Source: Candidatus Sericytochromatia bacterium (GTDB taxonomy: Bacteria > Cyanobacteriota > Sericytochromatia > S15B-MN24 > UBA4093). From it: a stretch of DNA of 41,485 nt. The notes below the pieces were generated by a model that worked only from the letters and a program-made list of their open reading frames with translations, was not told the origin of the DNA and did not search any database. The position numbers and the translations under genes were made by a program. The stretch is from the NCBI GenBank assembly GCA_036676495.1, contig JAKFCT010000084.1, positions 1 to 41,485 of the forward strand, given 5' to 3'. This document shows, piece after piece, positions 8,834 to 18,071 of the stretch; within the stretch, counting starts at the first letter, position 1; each line of letters begins with the position of its first letter.

Positions 8834-8857
8834 GGGGCCCGCGACGTCGCGGGCCCC
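8834..8857 (+). terminator. Perfect 24-bp palindrome after the MFS gene
   Basis: ggggcccgcgac|gtcgcgggcccc; no U-tract follows. Confidence 0.5.
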
Positions 8858-8961
8858 ATCCTCTTACCCAAAGCCAGCCTTCGCGCCCAACACCCAGCGA
8901 AAAGGGCGCGGCTTATGATATCCTGGTGGATCGTCCCCCTTTAATTCGAGAGCGAGAGCCG

Positions 8962-10602
8962 ATGATCGCATTCACCCAAGTGGCGAAGTTCCAGGGCAAG
9001 AAGTTCCTCTTCAAGGATGCCTCCTTCCAGATCAACCCGGGCGAGCGGGTCGGGCTGGTCGGCGCCAACGGCGCCGGGAAGAGCACGATCTTCCGCCTCA
9101 TCACCCGGCAGGAAACGCCGGACGAGGGAAGCATCACCATCCCGGAGCGCTTCGTGATCGGCTACTTCTCCCAGGATCCCGGCGGCGACGTCGAGGCCAG
9201 CGTCATGGAGGCCGCGCTCGCCGGCGCCGGCGAAGTGACCCAGCTCGAAGCCCTCATCACCGACCTCTCGAACCAACTGGCCGATCCCGAACTCGACTCC
9301 GACCGCATGACCGAGATCCTCGAGGAGCTGGGCGACGCCCAGACCCGCTTCGAGGCGCTGGGCGGCTACGACCTGGAATCCCGGGCCGAGACGATCCTCT
9401 CGGGCCTCGGCTTCTCGCGCGAAGACTGGCAGAAGCCGGTGAAGGCGTTCTCGGGCGGCTGGCGCATGCGCATCGAGCTCGCCAAGGTCCTGCTGCTGAA
9501 GCCCGACGCCCTGGTCCTGGACGAGCCCACCAACCACCTCGACGTGGAAACCATCATCTGGCTGGAGGAGTTCCTCAGCGGCTTCGAGGGCGCCATCTTC
9601 ATGACCAGCCACGACCGCGACTTCATGAACCGCCTGGTCCGCAAGATCGTGGCCGTCGAGCACGGCGGGGTGACCGTCTACTCCGGCAACTACGACTTCT
9701 ACGAGCAGGAGTCCCGGATCCGCCTGGACAACCTGGAGGCGCAAGCCGAGCGCCAGGAAGCCATGCTCGAGAAGGAAGAGAAGTTCATCGCGCGCTTCAA
9801 GGCCCGCGCCTCGCACGCCGCGCAGGTCCAGTCCCGCGTGAAGATGATCGAGAAGATGGACAAGATCGAGGTCCCCAAGGAAGCGAAGGCCGTGGACTTC
9901 CGCTGGCGCGACTGCCCGCGCTCGGGCGACATCGTGGCCACCCTCAACGGCGTCGGCAAGTCCTACGGCGAGAAGACCGTCCTCGCCGGCACCGAGTTCC
10001 AGATCAAGCGCCTGGAGCGGATCGCCGTCCTGGGCGTCAACGGCGCCGGAAAATCCACCCTCCTCAAGATCATCGCGGGCGCCCTCGACCCCGATCAGGG
10101 CGAGTGCAAGCTCGGCGCCAGCCTCCAGACCGCCTACTTCGCCCAGCACCAGACCGAGATCCTCGACCCCAAGAAGACCGTCTTCGAGTCGGTGCAAGAA
10201 GTGGCGCCCACCCTCGGACGCGGCGTCATCCAGAACATCCTGGGTTCGGTGCTTTTCAGCGGGGACGACGTCGAAAAGCAAGTGAGCGTGCTCTCCGGGG
10301 GCGAGAAGACCCGGGTGGTGCTCGCGCGGATCCTCGCGAACCCCGTGAACTTCCTGATCCTGGACGAGCCCACCAACCACCTGGACATGCGGACCCGCGA
10401 GGTGCTGCTCGAGGCGCTCAAGCAGTTCGAGGGCACCGTCGTCTTCGTCTCGCACGACCGTCACTTCCTGCGAGACCTGGCCACCAAGGTCGTGCTGATC
10501 GATCACGGCAAGACCACCGAGTACCACGGCGGCCTCGGCTACTTCCTCGAGAAGACCGGCCACAAGTTCCCGGGCTCGGAGTACAGCATCCGGATCGGCT
10601 AG
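8962..10602 (+). CDS. ABC-F family ribosome-associated ATPase (YheS/YbiT-like)
   Basis: Two NBDs (GANGAGKS/FSGGW/LDEPTNHLD and GVNGAGKS/LSGGEK/LDEPTNHLD) and no TM segments. Start at ATG 8962. Confidence 0.93.
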   Translation: MIAFTQVAKFQGKKFLFKDASFQINPGERVGLVGANGAGKSTIFRLITRQETPDEGSITIPERFVIGYFSQDPGGDVEASVMEAALAGAGEVTQLEALITDLSNQLADPELDSDRMTEILEELGDAQTRFEALGGYDLESRAETILSGLGFSREDWQKPVKAFSGGWRMRIELAKVLLLKPDALVLDEPTNHLDVETIIWLEEFLSGFEGAIFMTSHDRDFMNRLVRKIVAVEHGGVTVYSGNYDFYEQESRIRLDNLEAQAERQEAMLEKEEKFIARFKARASHAAQVQSRVKMIEKMDKIEVPKEAKAVDFRWRDCPRSGDIVATLNGVGKSYGEKTVLAGTEFQIKRLERIAVLGVNGAGKSTLLKIIAGALDPDQGECKLGASLQTAYFAQHQTEILDPKKTVFESVQEVAPTLGRGVIQNILGSVLFSGDDVEKQVSVLSGGEKTRVVLARILANPVNFLILDEPTNHLDMRTREVLLEALKQFEGTVVFVSHDRHFLRDLATKVVLIDHGKTTEYHGGLGYFLEKTGHKFPGSEYSIRIG

Positions 10603-10613
10603 CCCCGGTCCCC

Positions 10614-10671
10614 GGTGGGGCGGGCCTCTGCGCGCCCGCGCAGGCAGGAATGGTGGGGCGGGCCTCTGCGC
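10614..10671 (+). repeat. Two direct copies of a 20-bp REP-like unit (period 38 bp)
   Basis: GGTGGGGCGGGCCTCTGCGC at 10614-10633 and 10652-10671. The first copy continues into a GCGGGC...GCCCGC hairpin. Confidence 0.75.
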
Positions 10672-10783
10672 CACCAACCCAACCTCCGCATCGGAGGTAT
10701 AATGGCGAAATTGCTTTAGCGCCTGCGGCTAGGGCTGGGAAAGCGAAGCTGACCCGAAGCAACAAAAGACTGAGGAGTGGCGA

Positions 10784-13700
10784 TTGGAAACCCTGGCCGG
10801 ATTCACCCCAACTCAACTCAACGACTGGGCCGACGCTCAGACCGTGCGGCGCGGCGGCACCCTTTTCAAGAAGGGTGGCGTCAGCACCATGCAGGTGCGG
10901 CAGGAAAAAGGCCGGCTCATGGTCAAGGGGTTGGTGGATGACGGCGGCTACGCCCCCCTCTCGGCCACGATCGCCTGGGACGGCGCGGCGCTGAGCTCGA
11001 CCTGCACATGCCCGCTCTCCGATCGCTGCAAGCACGCCGTGGCGCTCGCGCTCGCCTTCCTGGACGCCCCTCCCCCGGTCGAGGCCGAGCCCGAATCCGC
11101 GCCGTCCGGCTTCCGCCCCGGCCAGGACATCATCCTCTACGGGCTCTGGGTGGCGCCTCCCCCCAAGAAGCTCGAAAGCCTCTACACGCGGCCGCAATGC
11201 CTCTGGCTCGCCCTGGACGTCGCCAAGATCCGCGCCGACGGGACCCCGGGACCGGGGCGCCCCATGCCGATCTGGGCTCCCCAGAAGAACCCGGACTTCC
11301 GGGACGAGGACCGGGCGATCCTGGCCATCACCCAGCCGTACTACCAGGAGCATGGGCGGGACTTCTCGAGCCCCTATGCCCGCGGCATCCCCCTGCGCGA
11401 AGCCATGGTCGGCCCGGTCCTGGCCGCCCTGCGCACCAGCCCCTTCGTCTTCGGCGGAGGCCGGCAGCCCATCGCCATCCAGCCCGACCGCCCGCTGCAC
11501 AGCCGGAGGCTCTCGCCCTGGGACGCCGAGGAGCTCATCTCCGAAGAGGACGGCACGCCCATTCCCCTTCCTCCGGGCCGACTGGTGGGCTCGGATCCCG
11601 CCTGGATCCTGCTGGAAGACTCCTTCCGGCCGGTCATCGAAGCCGAGATCCCGGAGCTCCCCGAACTCGAGGACGACGCGCCCGCTCCGGCCCCGGTGCC
11701 CGTGGCCGACGCCAAGACCCATCCCGCCGCGAAGCCCTCGCCTCGGCTCACGCTGAGCGAGGAGAGCGATCGCCTCCTGGTCAAGCTCACCTTCACCTAT
11801 GGAACGTCCACGCCCATCGGCCCCACCGACATGCGCGAGGTGGTGGGCGGCGAATGGCAGGGGGAATGGGGCGTCTGGCAGCGCGACGGCGAGGCCGAGG
11901 CCGCCCACGTCCGGAGGCTGTCGGCCTGCGGGCTCGACTCCCGCGGCAACGGCCACTGGCTCGGCTGGGGCGACGCCGCCCTCGGCTTCCTGGTCGACGA
12001 GGTGCCCCAGCTGATCTCCGACGGCTGGCAGGTCTTCGGGGAAGAGCGCCTGAACAAGCTGCGCGTCACCCGCAGCCGCCCGCGCATCTCCCTGAGGCTG
12101 TCGAGCGGCATCGACTGGCTGGACCTCTCGACCCGCCTGGAGGTCGACGGCATCGAGCTTTCCGCCGACGCCCTGCGCGACGTGCTCAAGGGCCGCAGCC
12201 GCTTCGTGAAGCTGGGCAACGGCTCCTACGCGAAACTCCCCACCGAGTGGCTCGCCGCCCAAAGACACCTCGGCGAGGCGCTGGGCTTCGAGGTCTCGGC
12301 CGGCGAGAACGGCTTGGAGCAGCGCCTCCCGGCCTACATGGCCACCTGGGTGAGCGATCTGCTGCATGCCGCGGACGTGGCCGTGGCGGACGATCACTGG
12401 GAGTCCTTCCTTCCCCAGCTTTCGGACCTCGACGCGTTGCCCGAGCAGCCCCTTCCCGAGGGCTTCCACGGAGAGTTGAGGCCGTACCAGCGCAAGGGCG
12501 TCGATTTCCTGAGCTTCCTGGCCGATCACGGCCTTCACGGGATCCTGGCGGACGACATGGGTCTGGGTAAGACGATCCAGGCGATCGCGCTGCTGCTTCG
12601 CGACAAGGAAGCGGGCAAGCCCGGCCCGAGCCTCCTGGTGGCGCCCACTTCGGTGGTCTACAACTGGGAGCAGGAGCTCTCGCGCTTCGCTCCGGGCCTG
12701 AAGACCCTGGTGCTGCATGGTAGCGCGCGGCGGGAGCGCTTCGGCGAGATCGGGGACATGGACGTGGTCGTGACCTCGTACGCCTTGCTGCGGCGGGATC
12801 AGGAGCAGCTCTCGAAGCAGGCCTTCCACTACCTGATCCTGGACGAAGCGCAGAACATCAAGAACCCGCAGTCCCAGGCCGCGAAGGCGGCGAGCAAGAT
12901 GCAGGCCCGCCACCGGCTCTGCCTCACGGGTACGCCCCTCGAGAACAACCTCATGGAACTCTGGAGCCTGTTCAACTTCCTGATGCCGGGCTTGCTGGGA
13001 ACCGAGCGCCGGTTCCGGGAAAGCTACCTGGGGGCGATGCAAGGCAGCGATCCCGAGGCGATGACGGACTTGCGGCACCGGACCCGGCCCTTCATCCTGC
13101 GCCGCCTCAAGACCGAGGTGGCCCAGGACCTGCCTCCGCGCACGGAGATGGTGGCGTACTGCGAGCTGGGCAGCGATCAGCGCCGCTTCTACAACGAGAC
13201 CCTGATGCGGGTGCGCGGGGAGATCTTCGCGACCGTGGACCGGGTGGGCATGGGCCGGGCGCACCTGAACATCCTGGAAGCCCTCTTGCGGTTGCGGCAG
13301 ATCTGCTGCGATCCGATGCTGGTGGCCCGGGACGACCGGGAGATCCCGTCGGCCAAGATGGACCTCTTCATGGAAATGGTCAGCGAGCTGATCGCGGAGG
13401 GGCACCGGGTGCTGGTCTTCTCGCAGTTCGTCAAGGTGCTGCAGGCGCTGCGGTCGCGGCTCACCCAGGCCGGGGTCGCGACGGAGTACCTGGACGGGTC
13501 GACCAAGGATCGGCTGGAGCGGGCGCAGCGCTTCAACGCGTCGGACGTGCCGGTCTTCCTGATCAGCCTGAAGGCGGGCGGCACGGGTCTGAACCTGACG
13601 GGGGCGGACTACGTCGTGCACTTCGACCCGTGGTGGAACCCGGCGGTGGAGGACCAGGCGACGGACCGAGCCCACCGAATCGGGCAGACGCGGCATGTCT

Positions 13701-13861
13701 TCAGCTACAAGCTGATCGCCAAGGACACGATCGAGGAGAAGGTGCTGGCGTTGCAGGAGCGCAAGCGGCGGATGGTCCGGGACGTCTTGGGGACCGAGGA
13801 GTTCGCGACGCAGCTGAGCCGCGAGGACCTGGACTTCCTGCTGGCTCCGGTCGCTCCCTAG
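10784..13861 (+). CDS. SWIM zinc-finger + SNF2 (SWI2/SNF2) helicase/ATPase
   Basis: CTCPLSDRCKH (SWIM); LRPYQ, LADDMGLGKT, LDEAQNIKN, TGTPLEN, VLVFSQF, SLKAGGTGLNL and QATDRAHRIGQ. TTG start with GAGGAG SD. Confidence 0.95.
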   Translation: METLAGFTPTQLNDWADAQTVRRGGTLFKKGGVSTMQVRQEKGRLMVKGLVDDGGYAPLSATIAWDGAALSSTCTCPLSDRCKHAVALALAFLDAPPPVEAEPESAPSGFRPGQDIILYGLWVAPPPKKLESLYTRPQCLWLALDVAKIRADGTPGPGRPMPIWAPQKNPDFRDEDRAILAITQPYYQEHGRDFSSPYARGIPLREAMVGPVLAALRTSPFVFGGGRQPIAIQPDRPLHSRRLSPWDAEELISEEDGTPIPLPPGRLVGSDPAWILLEDSFRPVIEAEIPELPELEDDAPAPAPVPVADAKTHPAAKPSPRLTLSEESDRLLVKLTFTYGTSTPIGPTDMREVVGGEWQGEWGVWQRDGEAEAAHVRRLSACGLDSRGNGHWLGWGDAALGFLVDEVPQLISDGWQVFGEERLNKLRVTRSRPRISLRLSSGIDWLDLSTRLEVDGIELSADALRDVLKGRSRFVKLGNGSYAKLPTEWLAAQRHLGEALGFEVSAGENGLEQRLPAYMATWVSDLLHAADVAVADDHWESFLPQLSDLDALPEQPLPEGFHGELRPYQRKGVDFLSFLADHGLHGILADDMGLGKTIQAIALLLRDKEAGKPGPSLLVAPTSVVYNWEQELSRFAPGLKTLVLHGSARRERFGEIGDMDVVVTSYALLRRDQEQLSKQAFHYLILDEAQNIKNPQSQAAKAASKMQARHRLCLTGTPLENNLMELWSLFNFLMPGLLGTERRFRESYLGAMQGSDPEAMTDLRHRTRPFILRRLKTEVAQDLPPRTEMVAYCELGSDQRRFYNETLMRVRGEIFATVDRVGMGRAHLNILEALLRLRQICCDPMLVARDDREIPSAKMDLFMEMVSELIAEGHRVLVFSQFVKVLQALRSRLTQAGVATEYLDGSTKDRLERAQRFNASDVPVFLISLKAGGTGLNLTGADYVVHFDPWWNPAVEDQATDRAHRIGQTRHVFSYKLIAKDTIEEKVLALQERKRRMVRDVLGTEEFATQLSREDLDFLLAPVAP

Positions 13862-14019
13862 CCACTCGTTGCTTCCGGTCAGCTTCGGATTCCCACCCTA
13901 GCCGCAGGCGCTGCGCAACAGCCGCGGGCGCTGACCCCAGTTCACGCGAACTTGCGCCCGCAGCCGATCGCTGCGGGAAGGCAGGGGGCCCGGCAGCGGG
14001 CCTACCAGCCAACCTTGCC

Positions 14020-14048
14020 TTGCCGCTTCCCCTCGGAAGTGGTATCAT
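14020..14048 (+). promoter_or_regulatory. Sigma70-type promoter of zinc-ribbon gene 1
   Basis: TTGCCG-17-TATCAT with an extended TG. Confidence 0.6.
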
Positions 14049-14068
14049 AACGACGTACGTCATATGGC

Positions 14069-14147
14069 GGCAAGCCAAAAAGCTTTGAGGTCCGGGCATT
14101 CGCTTGGCAGCAAGCGGGTGCCTTTCTTGTCCGTGAAGCGGCTTGCC
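14069..14147 (+). ncRNA. Structured 5' leader of zinc-ribbon gene 1
   Basis: Outer GGCAAGCC/GGCUUGCC, then GCUUU/GAAGC, then an inner 12-bp hairpin GGCAUUCGCUUG-GCAG-CAAGCGGGUGCC followed by UUUCUU. Confidence 0.5.
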
Positions 14148-14169
14148 AACCACCAAAAGAGGAGTCTCC

Positions 14170-14454
14170 ATGTTCACCGAGCAAATGCTCACCTGCGCCG
14201 ACTGTGCATCCCAGTTCCCCTTCACCGTCGGAGAGCAGCAGTTCTACGCCGAGAAGGGCTTCACCAACGCCCCCCGGCGCTGCAAGTCCTGCCGTTCGGC
14301 AGCCAAGGCCCCTCGTGAGGGCGGTTCTTTTGGTGGTGGCAGCGCCCGTCAGATGTACGACGTGACCTGCGATCAGTGCGGTACCCAGACCCAGGTTCCG
14401 TTCAAGCCGAACGGCGCCAAGCCGGTCTACTGCCGCGACTGCTTCCGCAAGTAA
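14170..14454 (+). CDS. Small double zinc-ribbon protein (zf-trcl-like + CxxC-x17-CxxC domain), probable nucleic-acid binder
   Basis: CADC...FTVGEQQFY...PRRCKSC and CDQC...VPFKP...PVYCRDC. GAGGAG SD. Confidence 0.9.
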   Translation: MFTEQMLTCADCASQFPFTVGEQQFYAEKGFTNAPRRCKSCRSAAKAPREGGSFGGGSARQMYDVTCDQCGTQTQVPFKPNGAKPVYCRDCFRK

Positions 14455-14564
14455 GTCCTGACCCGATCTCGCCCAGGCACTGGCCGGTTCCTGGGCGACG
14501 TCGTGAACGGATTGGCAGACGCAACTTCCAGGCCCAACGGGGTCTGTTGACGAAGGAGGGACTT

Positions 14565-14822
14565 ATGGCCGTGCTACTCGGAAAGTGGACGACGGAGGCC
14601 CGCCAGCGGATGGAAACGGCGATCGCCGAGGGGCTTCTCCCCGACGCGGAGTACACCTTGGGCCGGCAGGCCGAGGGAACTCACTACGTCATCGCCTACA
14701 TGCGTCCGGCGGCCCGGAGCACCCGGTCGGGCACGACCTCGTTCTTTGCCGTCAACTGGGAGAGCGAAACGGTGAACGTGACGCCGATTGACGCCATTCC
14801 GCGCGATCTCGCCGTCGTTTAA
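14565..14822 (+). CDS. Hypothetical 85-aa protein
   Basis: AAGGAGG SD, protein-like composition, and a terminator directly after. Confidence 0.7.
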   Translation: MAVLLGKWTTEARQRMETAIAEGLLPDAEYTLGRQAEGTHYVIAYMRPAARSTRSGTTSFFAVNWESETVNVTPIDAIPRDLAVV

Positions 14823-14833
14823 TCACCCGATTC

Positions 14834-14869
14834 AAAGGGGCCGCCTCACTTAAGTGAGGCGGCCCCTTT
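14834..14869. terminator. Perfect 36-bp palindrome; bidirectional intrinsic terminator
   Basis: aaaggggccgcctcactt|aagtgaggcggccccttt between convergent genes, with A/T runs at both ends. Confidence 0.8.
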
Positions 14870-14878
14870 CCGTTGGCG

Positions 14879-16405
14879 TTACGCCTTTTCAGGCTCCGCC
14901 TCAGCCACGGCATCGCGCGCGTAAAGCACGGTCAATCCCGCCAGCCGGTTCGCCAGCCCCTCCGTCAGCACCTCGGAGCGATACCGCCAGGACCAGTTCC
15001 CCGACGCCTTGCCCGGAGTATTCAACCGAGCCTCCGAACCCAGGCTCAGCAGGTCCTGCATCGGAAATACCGCCCGATCCGCCACCGACATCATCCCCAG
15101 GCGGATCAGGTCCCAGCTCGCATCCGTCCCGTCGCAGCCGAGGTAGCGCCGCATGTAGTCGCGCTCCTGAGGAGTCGCCGCGTCGTACCAGCCCTGCGTG
15201 GTGTCGTTGTCATGGGTTCCCGTGTAGACCACGCAGTTCTGCCCGTAATGATGCGGCAGGTAGGCATTCGAGGGATCCGAGAAGGCGAACTGCAGGATCT
15301 TCATCCCCGGGAAGCCGAACTGATCCCGCAGGGCTTCCACCTCGGGCGTGATCACGCCGAGATCCTCGGCGACGATCGGCAGCTTGCCCAGCTCGCGCGA
15401 GACCGTCTCGAAGAGATCCGCGCCGGGGGCCTCGACCCAGCGGCCGTTGATGGCCGTCTCCTCGCCCGCCGGAACCTCCCAGTAGGCCTCGAAGCCCCGG
15501 AAGTGATCCACCCGAATCAGATCGTAGAGCGCCATGGCCTTGCTGAGGCGCTGGATCCACCAGCGATACCCCTGCTTCTTCATGACGTCCCAGCGATACA
15601 GGGGGTTGCCCCAGAGCTGGCCGGTCTCGCTGAAGTAATCCGGCGGGACTCCCGCCACCACCGTCGGATGCCCCTTTTCGTCGAGGTAGAAGAGCTCCGG
15701 GTTGGCCCAGACGTCGGCCGAGTCGTACGCCACGAAGATGGGGATGTCTCCCATCACCTGGATGCCCCGGGAATTGGCGTAAGACTTGACCGCTCCCCAT
15801 TGCCGGAAGAAGACGTACTGGAGGAACTGGTGGAAGCGGATCTCGGCGCCAAGCTCGGCCGACAGGCTCTCGAGGGCCTGGGGGTCCCGGTTCCGGATGG
15901 CCGGATCCCATTCTCCCCATGCCTTGCCCTCGAAGTGCGACTTGAAGGCCATGAAGCGGGCGAAATCCAGCAGCCACGGAGCCTGGCGGGTGATGAAGGC
16001 CTCGAACTCCCGGCGGGACGCCTCGTTCGCGCGTTGCTCGAAGGCCTCGAAGGCGCGGCGCAGCAGGGGCTTCTTCCAGGAGAGCACCCAGCCGAAGTCG
16101 ACCGCATCGGGCGAGAAGGCCGGCGCTCCGGAGAGATCCTCCTGGGAGAGCCAGCCATCTCCGACGAGCTGCGGAAGGCTGATGAGCATGGGGTTTCCCG
16201 CGAAGGCCGAGAAGGACTGGTAGGGCGAGTCCCCGTAAGAGGTGGGGCCCAGCGGGAGAACCTGCCAGATGCGCTGGCGGCTCGAGACCAGGAAGTCGAT
16301 GAAGCGTGCGGCCTCTTCTCCGAGCTCGCCGATGCCGTAGCGGCCCGGCAGGGAAGTCGGATGAAGGAGCACGCCGCTCGCCCGAGAGGAGGTGAGGTGG
16401 GTCAT
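14879..16405 (-). CDS. malQ: 4-alpha-glucanotransferase (amylomaltase, GH77)
   Basis: SGVLLHPTSLPG, WQVLPLGP, SPYQS, GDIPIFV, GVPPDYFSETGQLWGNPLY, RVDHFRG, AEDLG and YTGTHDNDT. Start ATG 16405. Confidence 0.96.
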   Translation of the reverse strand: MTHLTSSRASGVLLHPTSLPGRYGIGELGEEAARFIDFLVSSRQRIWQVLPLGPTSYGDSPYQSFSAFAGNPMLISLPQLVGDGWLSQEDLSGAPAFSPDAVDFGWVLSWKKPLLRRAFEAFEQRANEASRREFEAFITRQAPWLLDFARFMAFKSHFEGKAWGEWDPAIRNRDPQALESLSAELGAEIRFHQFLQYVFFRQWGAVKSYANSRGIQVMGDIPIFVAYDSADVWANPELFYLDEKGHPTVVAGVPPDYFSETGQLWGNPLYRWDVMKKQGYRWWIQRLSKAMALYDLIRVDHFRGFEAYWEVPAGEETAINGRWVEAPGADLFETVSRELGKLPIVAEDLGVITPEVEALRDQFGFPGMKILQFAFSDPSNAYLPHHYGQNCVVYTGTHDNDTTQGWYDAATPQERDYMRRYLGCDGTDASWDLIRLGMMSVADRAVFPMQDLLSLGSEARLNTPGKASGNWSWRYRSEVLTEGLANRLAGLTVLYARDAVAEAEPEKA

Positions 16406-16557
16406 GAGGTTTCGGTCACTCCATGTGCGACAGGGGGCAGGCGCGATCGCCGGTCGGATCACGTCATTCTAGCGCGTTACCGCCAGACCTTCCAGCGCCG
16501 CCCCATAAGGCGGCAGGGGCGACAGGCATTAGCTCGATGAGACGCCCTGCGGATTGC

Positions 16558-16586
16558 TTGACGGGATCCCCGCCTTGCCGTAGGGT
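16558..16586 (+). promoter_or_regulatory. Sigma70 promoter producing a probably leaderless mRNA
   Basis: TTGACG-17-TAGGGT, then 6 nt, then ATG 16593; no SD. Confidence 0.6.
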
Positions 16587-16592
16587 AACGGC

Positions 16593-18062
16593 ATGCTGAA
16601 ACCGATCGTTCGCCCGCGCCGAACGGCGCTTTTGGGCTTCCTCGCCGCTCTCCTCGTGATCCCGGCTCCGGCCGCGGCGCTGCCGAGCCCTGCCCTCGTC
16701 AACGAGGTGAAGACCGCCCGAATTCGGCTCCAGGCCGAGACTCCCATGCCGGTCACTCCCGAAAGCGTGGGAGGGATCTACCAGGTCCGCGAAAACGGCC
16801 CGTCGGCCCAGGCGCTCATGACCTATGATCGCTTGCTGAAGCAGGTGGCCGAGGCCAACCGCCCGGAAGCCGGCAAGCCGGCCCCCATCGGGGCTTTCAA
16901 GCGCAAGGGGCTCTGGATCCGGCCTTACCGCGGAGACCTCAGCGGCCTCCATGTGCTGGAAGTGCTGGACAACGCGCAATCCCTGGGCATCACCGAGGTT
17001 TACGTCGAGGCCTTTCAAGCCGGGACGCTCCACTACAAGTCGCCCTCGGGGCTCTTCCCCCTGGCCACTCCCGGCAGCGCCGCGACGAACGGAAAGCCCG
17101 CCACTCCGGACGTGGAGTTGTTGAAAGTTTACTCCCGCGAGGCACGGCGGCGCGGCATGAAGATCTACGCCTGGCTTCACACCCTCAATTTCGGGCAGGC
17201 CTACGGCGAGGCTCACCCCGAGCAGCTGGTGCGCGACGGCTTCGGCCGGACTTCGGGAGCCAGCGAGAAGCAGTCATGGCGGGTCTCCCCCTCGCATCCG
17301 GAGGTGCGCCGCCGCCTGAACCTCATGGCCTGGGAGCTGGCGAGTTCGGGCATGGTGGATGGCATCCAGCTCGATTACATCCGCTATCCCGTTCGCCTCA
17401 AGGAGGGGGACATCGACCCCTCGGCGGATCCGCGCAACTTCTGGGGCTACTCCGCGGCGCAGATGCAGAGCTTCTTCGCGGAGAACCCGCCTTACGACAC
17501 GGACGCCATGCGGACCTACCTCAGCACCGGGACCGCTCCGGACGGGCGGAACGCCGAGTACCTGGACGTCTGGAAGCGCTGGCTGGCCCATGAGGTCGAG
17601 GAGCTGATTGGGGGGATCCGGCAGCGGACCGAGGGAAGGGTTCGGCTCTCGATGGCCTTCTTCCCGAACTACTACTTCCACGTGAACGATACCCGGCTTC
17701 AGGAGTCGAAGCGCTGGTTCCATCTCTTCGACGACCTGAGCCCGATGTGCTACTCGTACTACCTGGACACCTATCCGGGCCCGTACGGGGACTACAACAT
17801 CAACCGGGAGCTCGAGGAAGTCGAGGCGGGGCTGGCACGGCTTCCCGCCGGCAAGCGGCCCGAGCTGGTCCCGACGCTGGTCGAGGACGCTCCGGGAACG
17901 CCGGCCTCGGCCAGCCTGCATCACCGGATCTTCCGGGAGCAAATCGCCTACCTGCGGGGCCGCATGCTGGATGGGGCCTACCCGTCCATGGCGGGGCTGG
18001 CCTTCTTCACTTACGGCTGGTTATTTCCCGAGCACGAGAATCGCCGCAAGGCCAGCCCCTAG
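16593..18062 (+). CDS. Exported glycoside hydrolase, GHL10/DUF187-like
   Basis: KGLWIRP, RGMKIYAW, DGIQLDYIRYP and SPMCY motifs. Arg-rich signal peptide (RPRRTALL, possibly Tat). Confidence 0.75.
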   Translation: MLKPIVRPRRTALLGFLAALLVIPAPAAALPSPALVNEVKTARIRLQAETPMPVTPESVGGIYQVRENGPSAQALMTYDRLLKQVAEANRPEAGKPAPIGAFKRKGLWIRPYRGDLSGLHVLEVLDNAQSLGITEVYVEAFQAGTLHYKSPSGLFPLATPGSAATNGKPATPDVELLKVYSREARRRGMKIYAWLHTLNFGQAYGEAHPEQLVRDGFGRTSGASEKQSWRVSPSHPEVRRRLNLMAWELASSGMVDGIQLDYIRYPVRLKEGDIDPSADPRNFWGYSAAQMQSFFAENPPYDTDAMRTYLSTGTAPDGRNAEYLDVWKRWLAHEVEELIGGIRQRTEGRVRLSMAFFPNYYFHVNDTRLQESKRWFHLFDDLSPMCYSYYLDTYPGPYGDYNINRELEEVEAGLARLPAGKRPELVPTLVEDAPGTPASASLHHRIFREQIAYLRGRMLDGAYPSMAGLAFFTYGWLFPEHENRRKASP

Positions 18063-18071
18063 CACCAGCGC

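Noticed and set aside
10418-13696. 1092-aa antisense ORF, and other long shadow ORFs (e.g. 1795-3366, 8941-10677, 14873-16540, 31838-33853)
   Set aside because: They lie opposite well-supported genes and have no motifs. Stop-poor antisense frames are expected in high-GC DNA.
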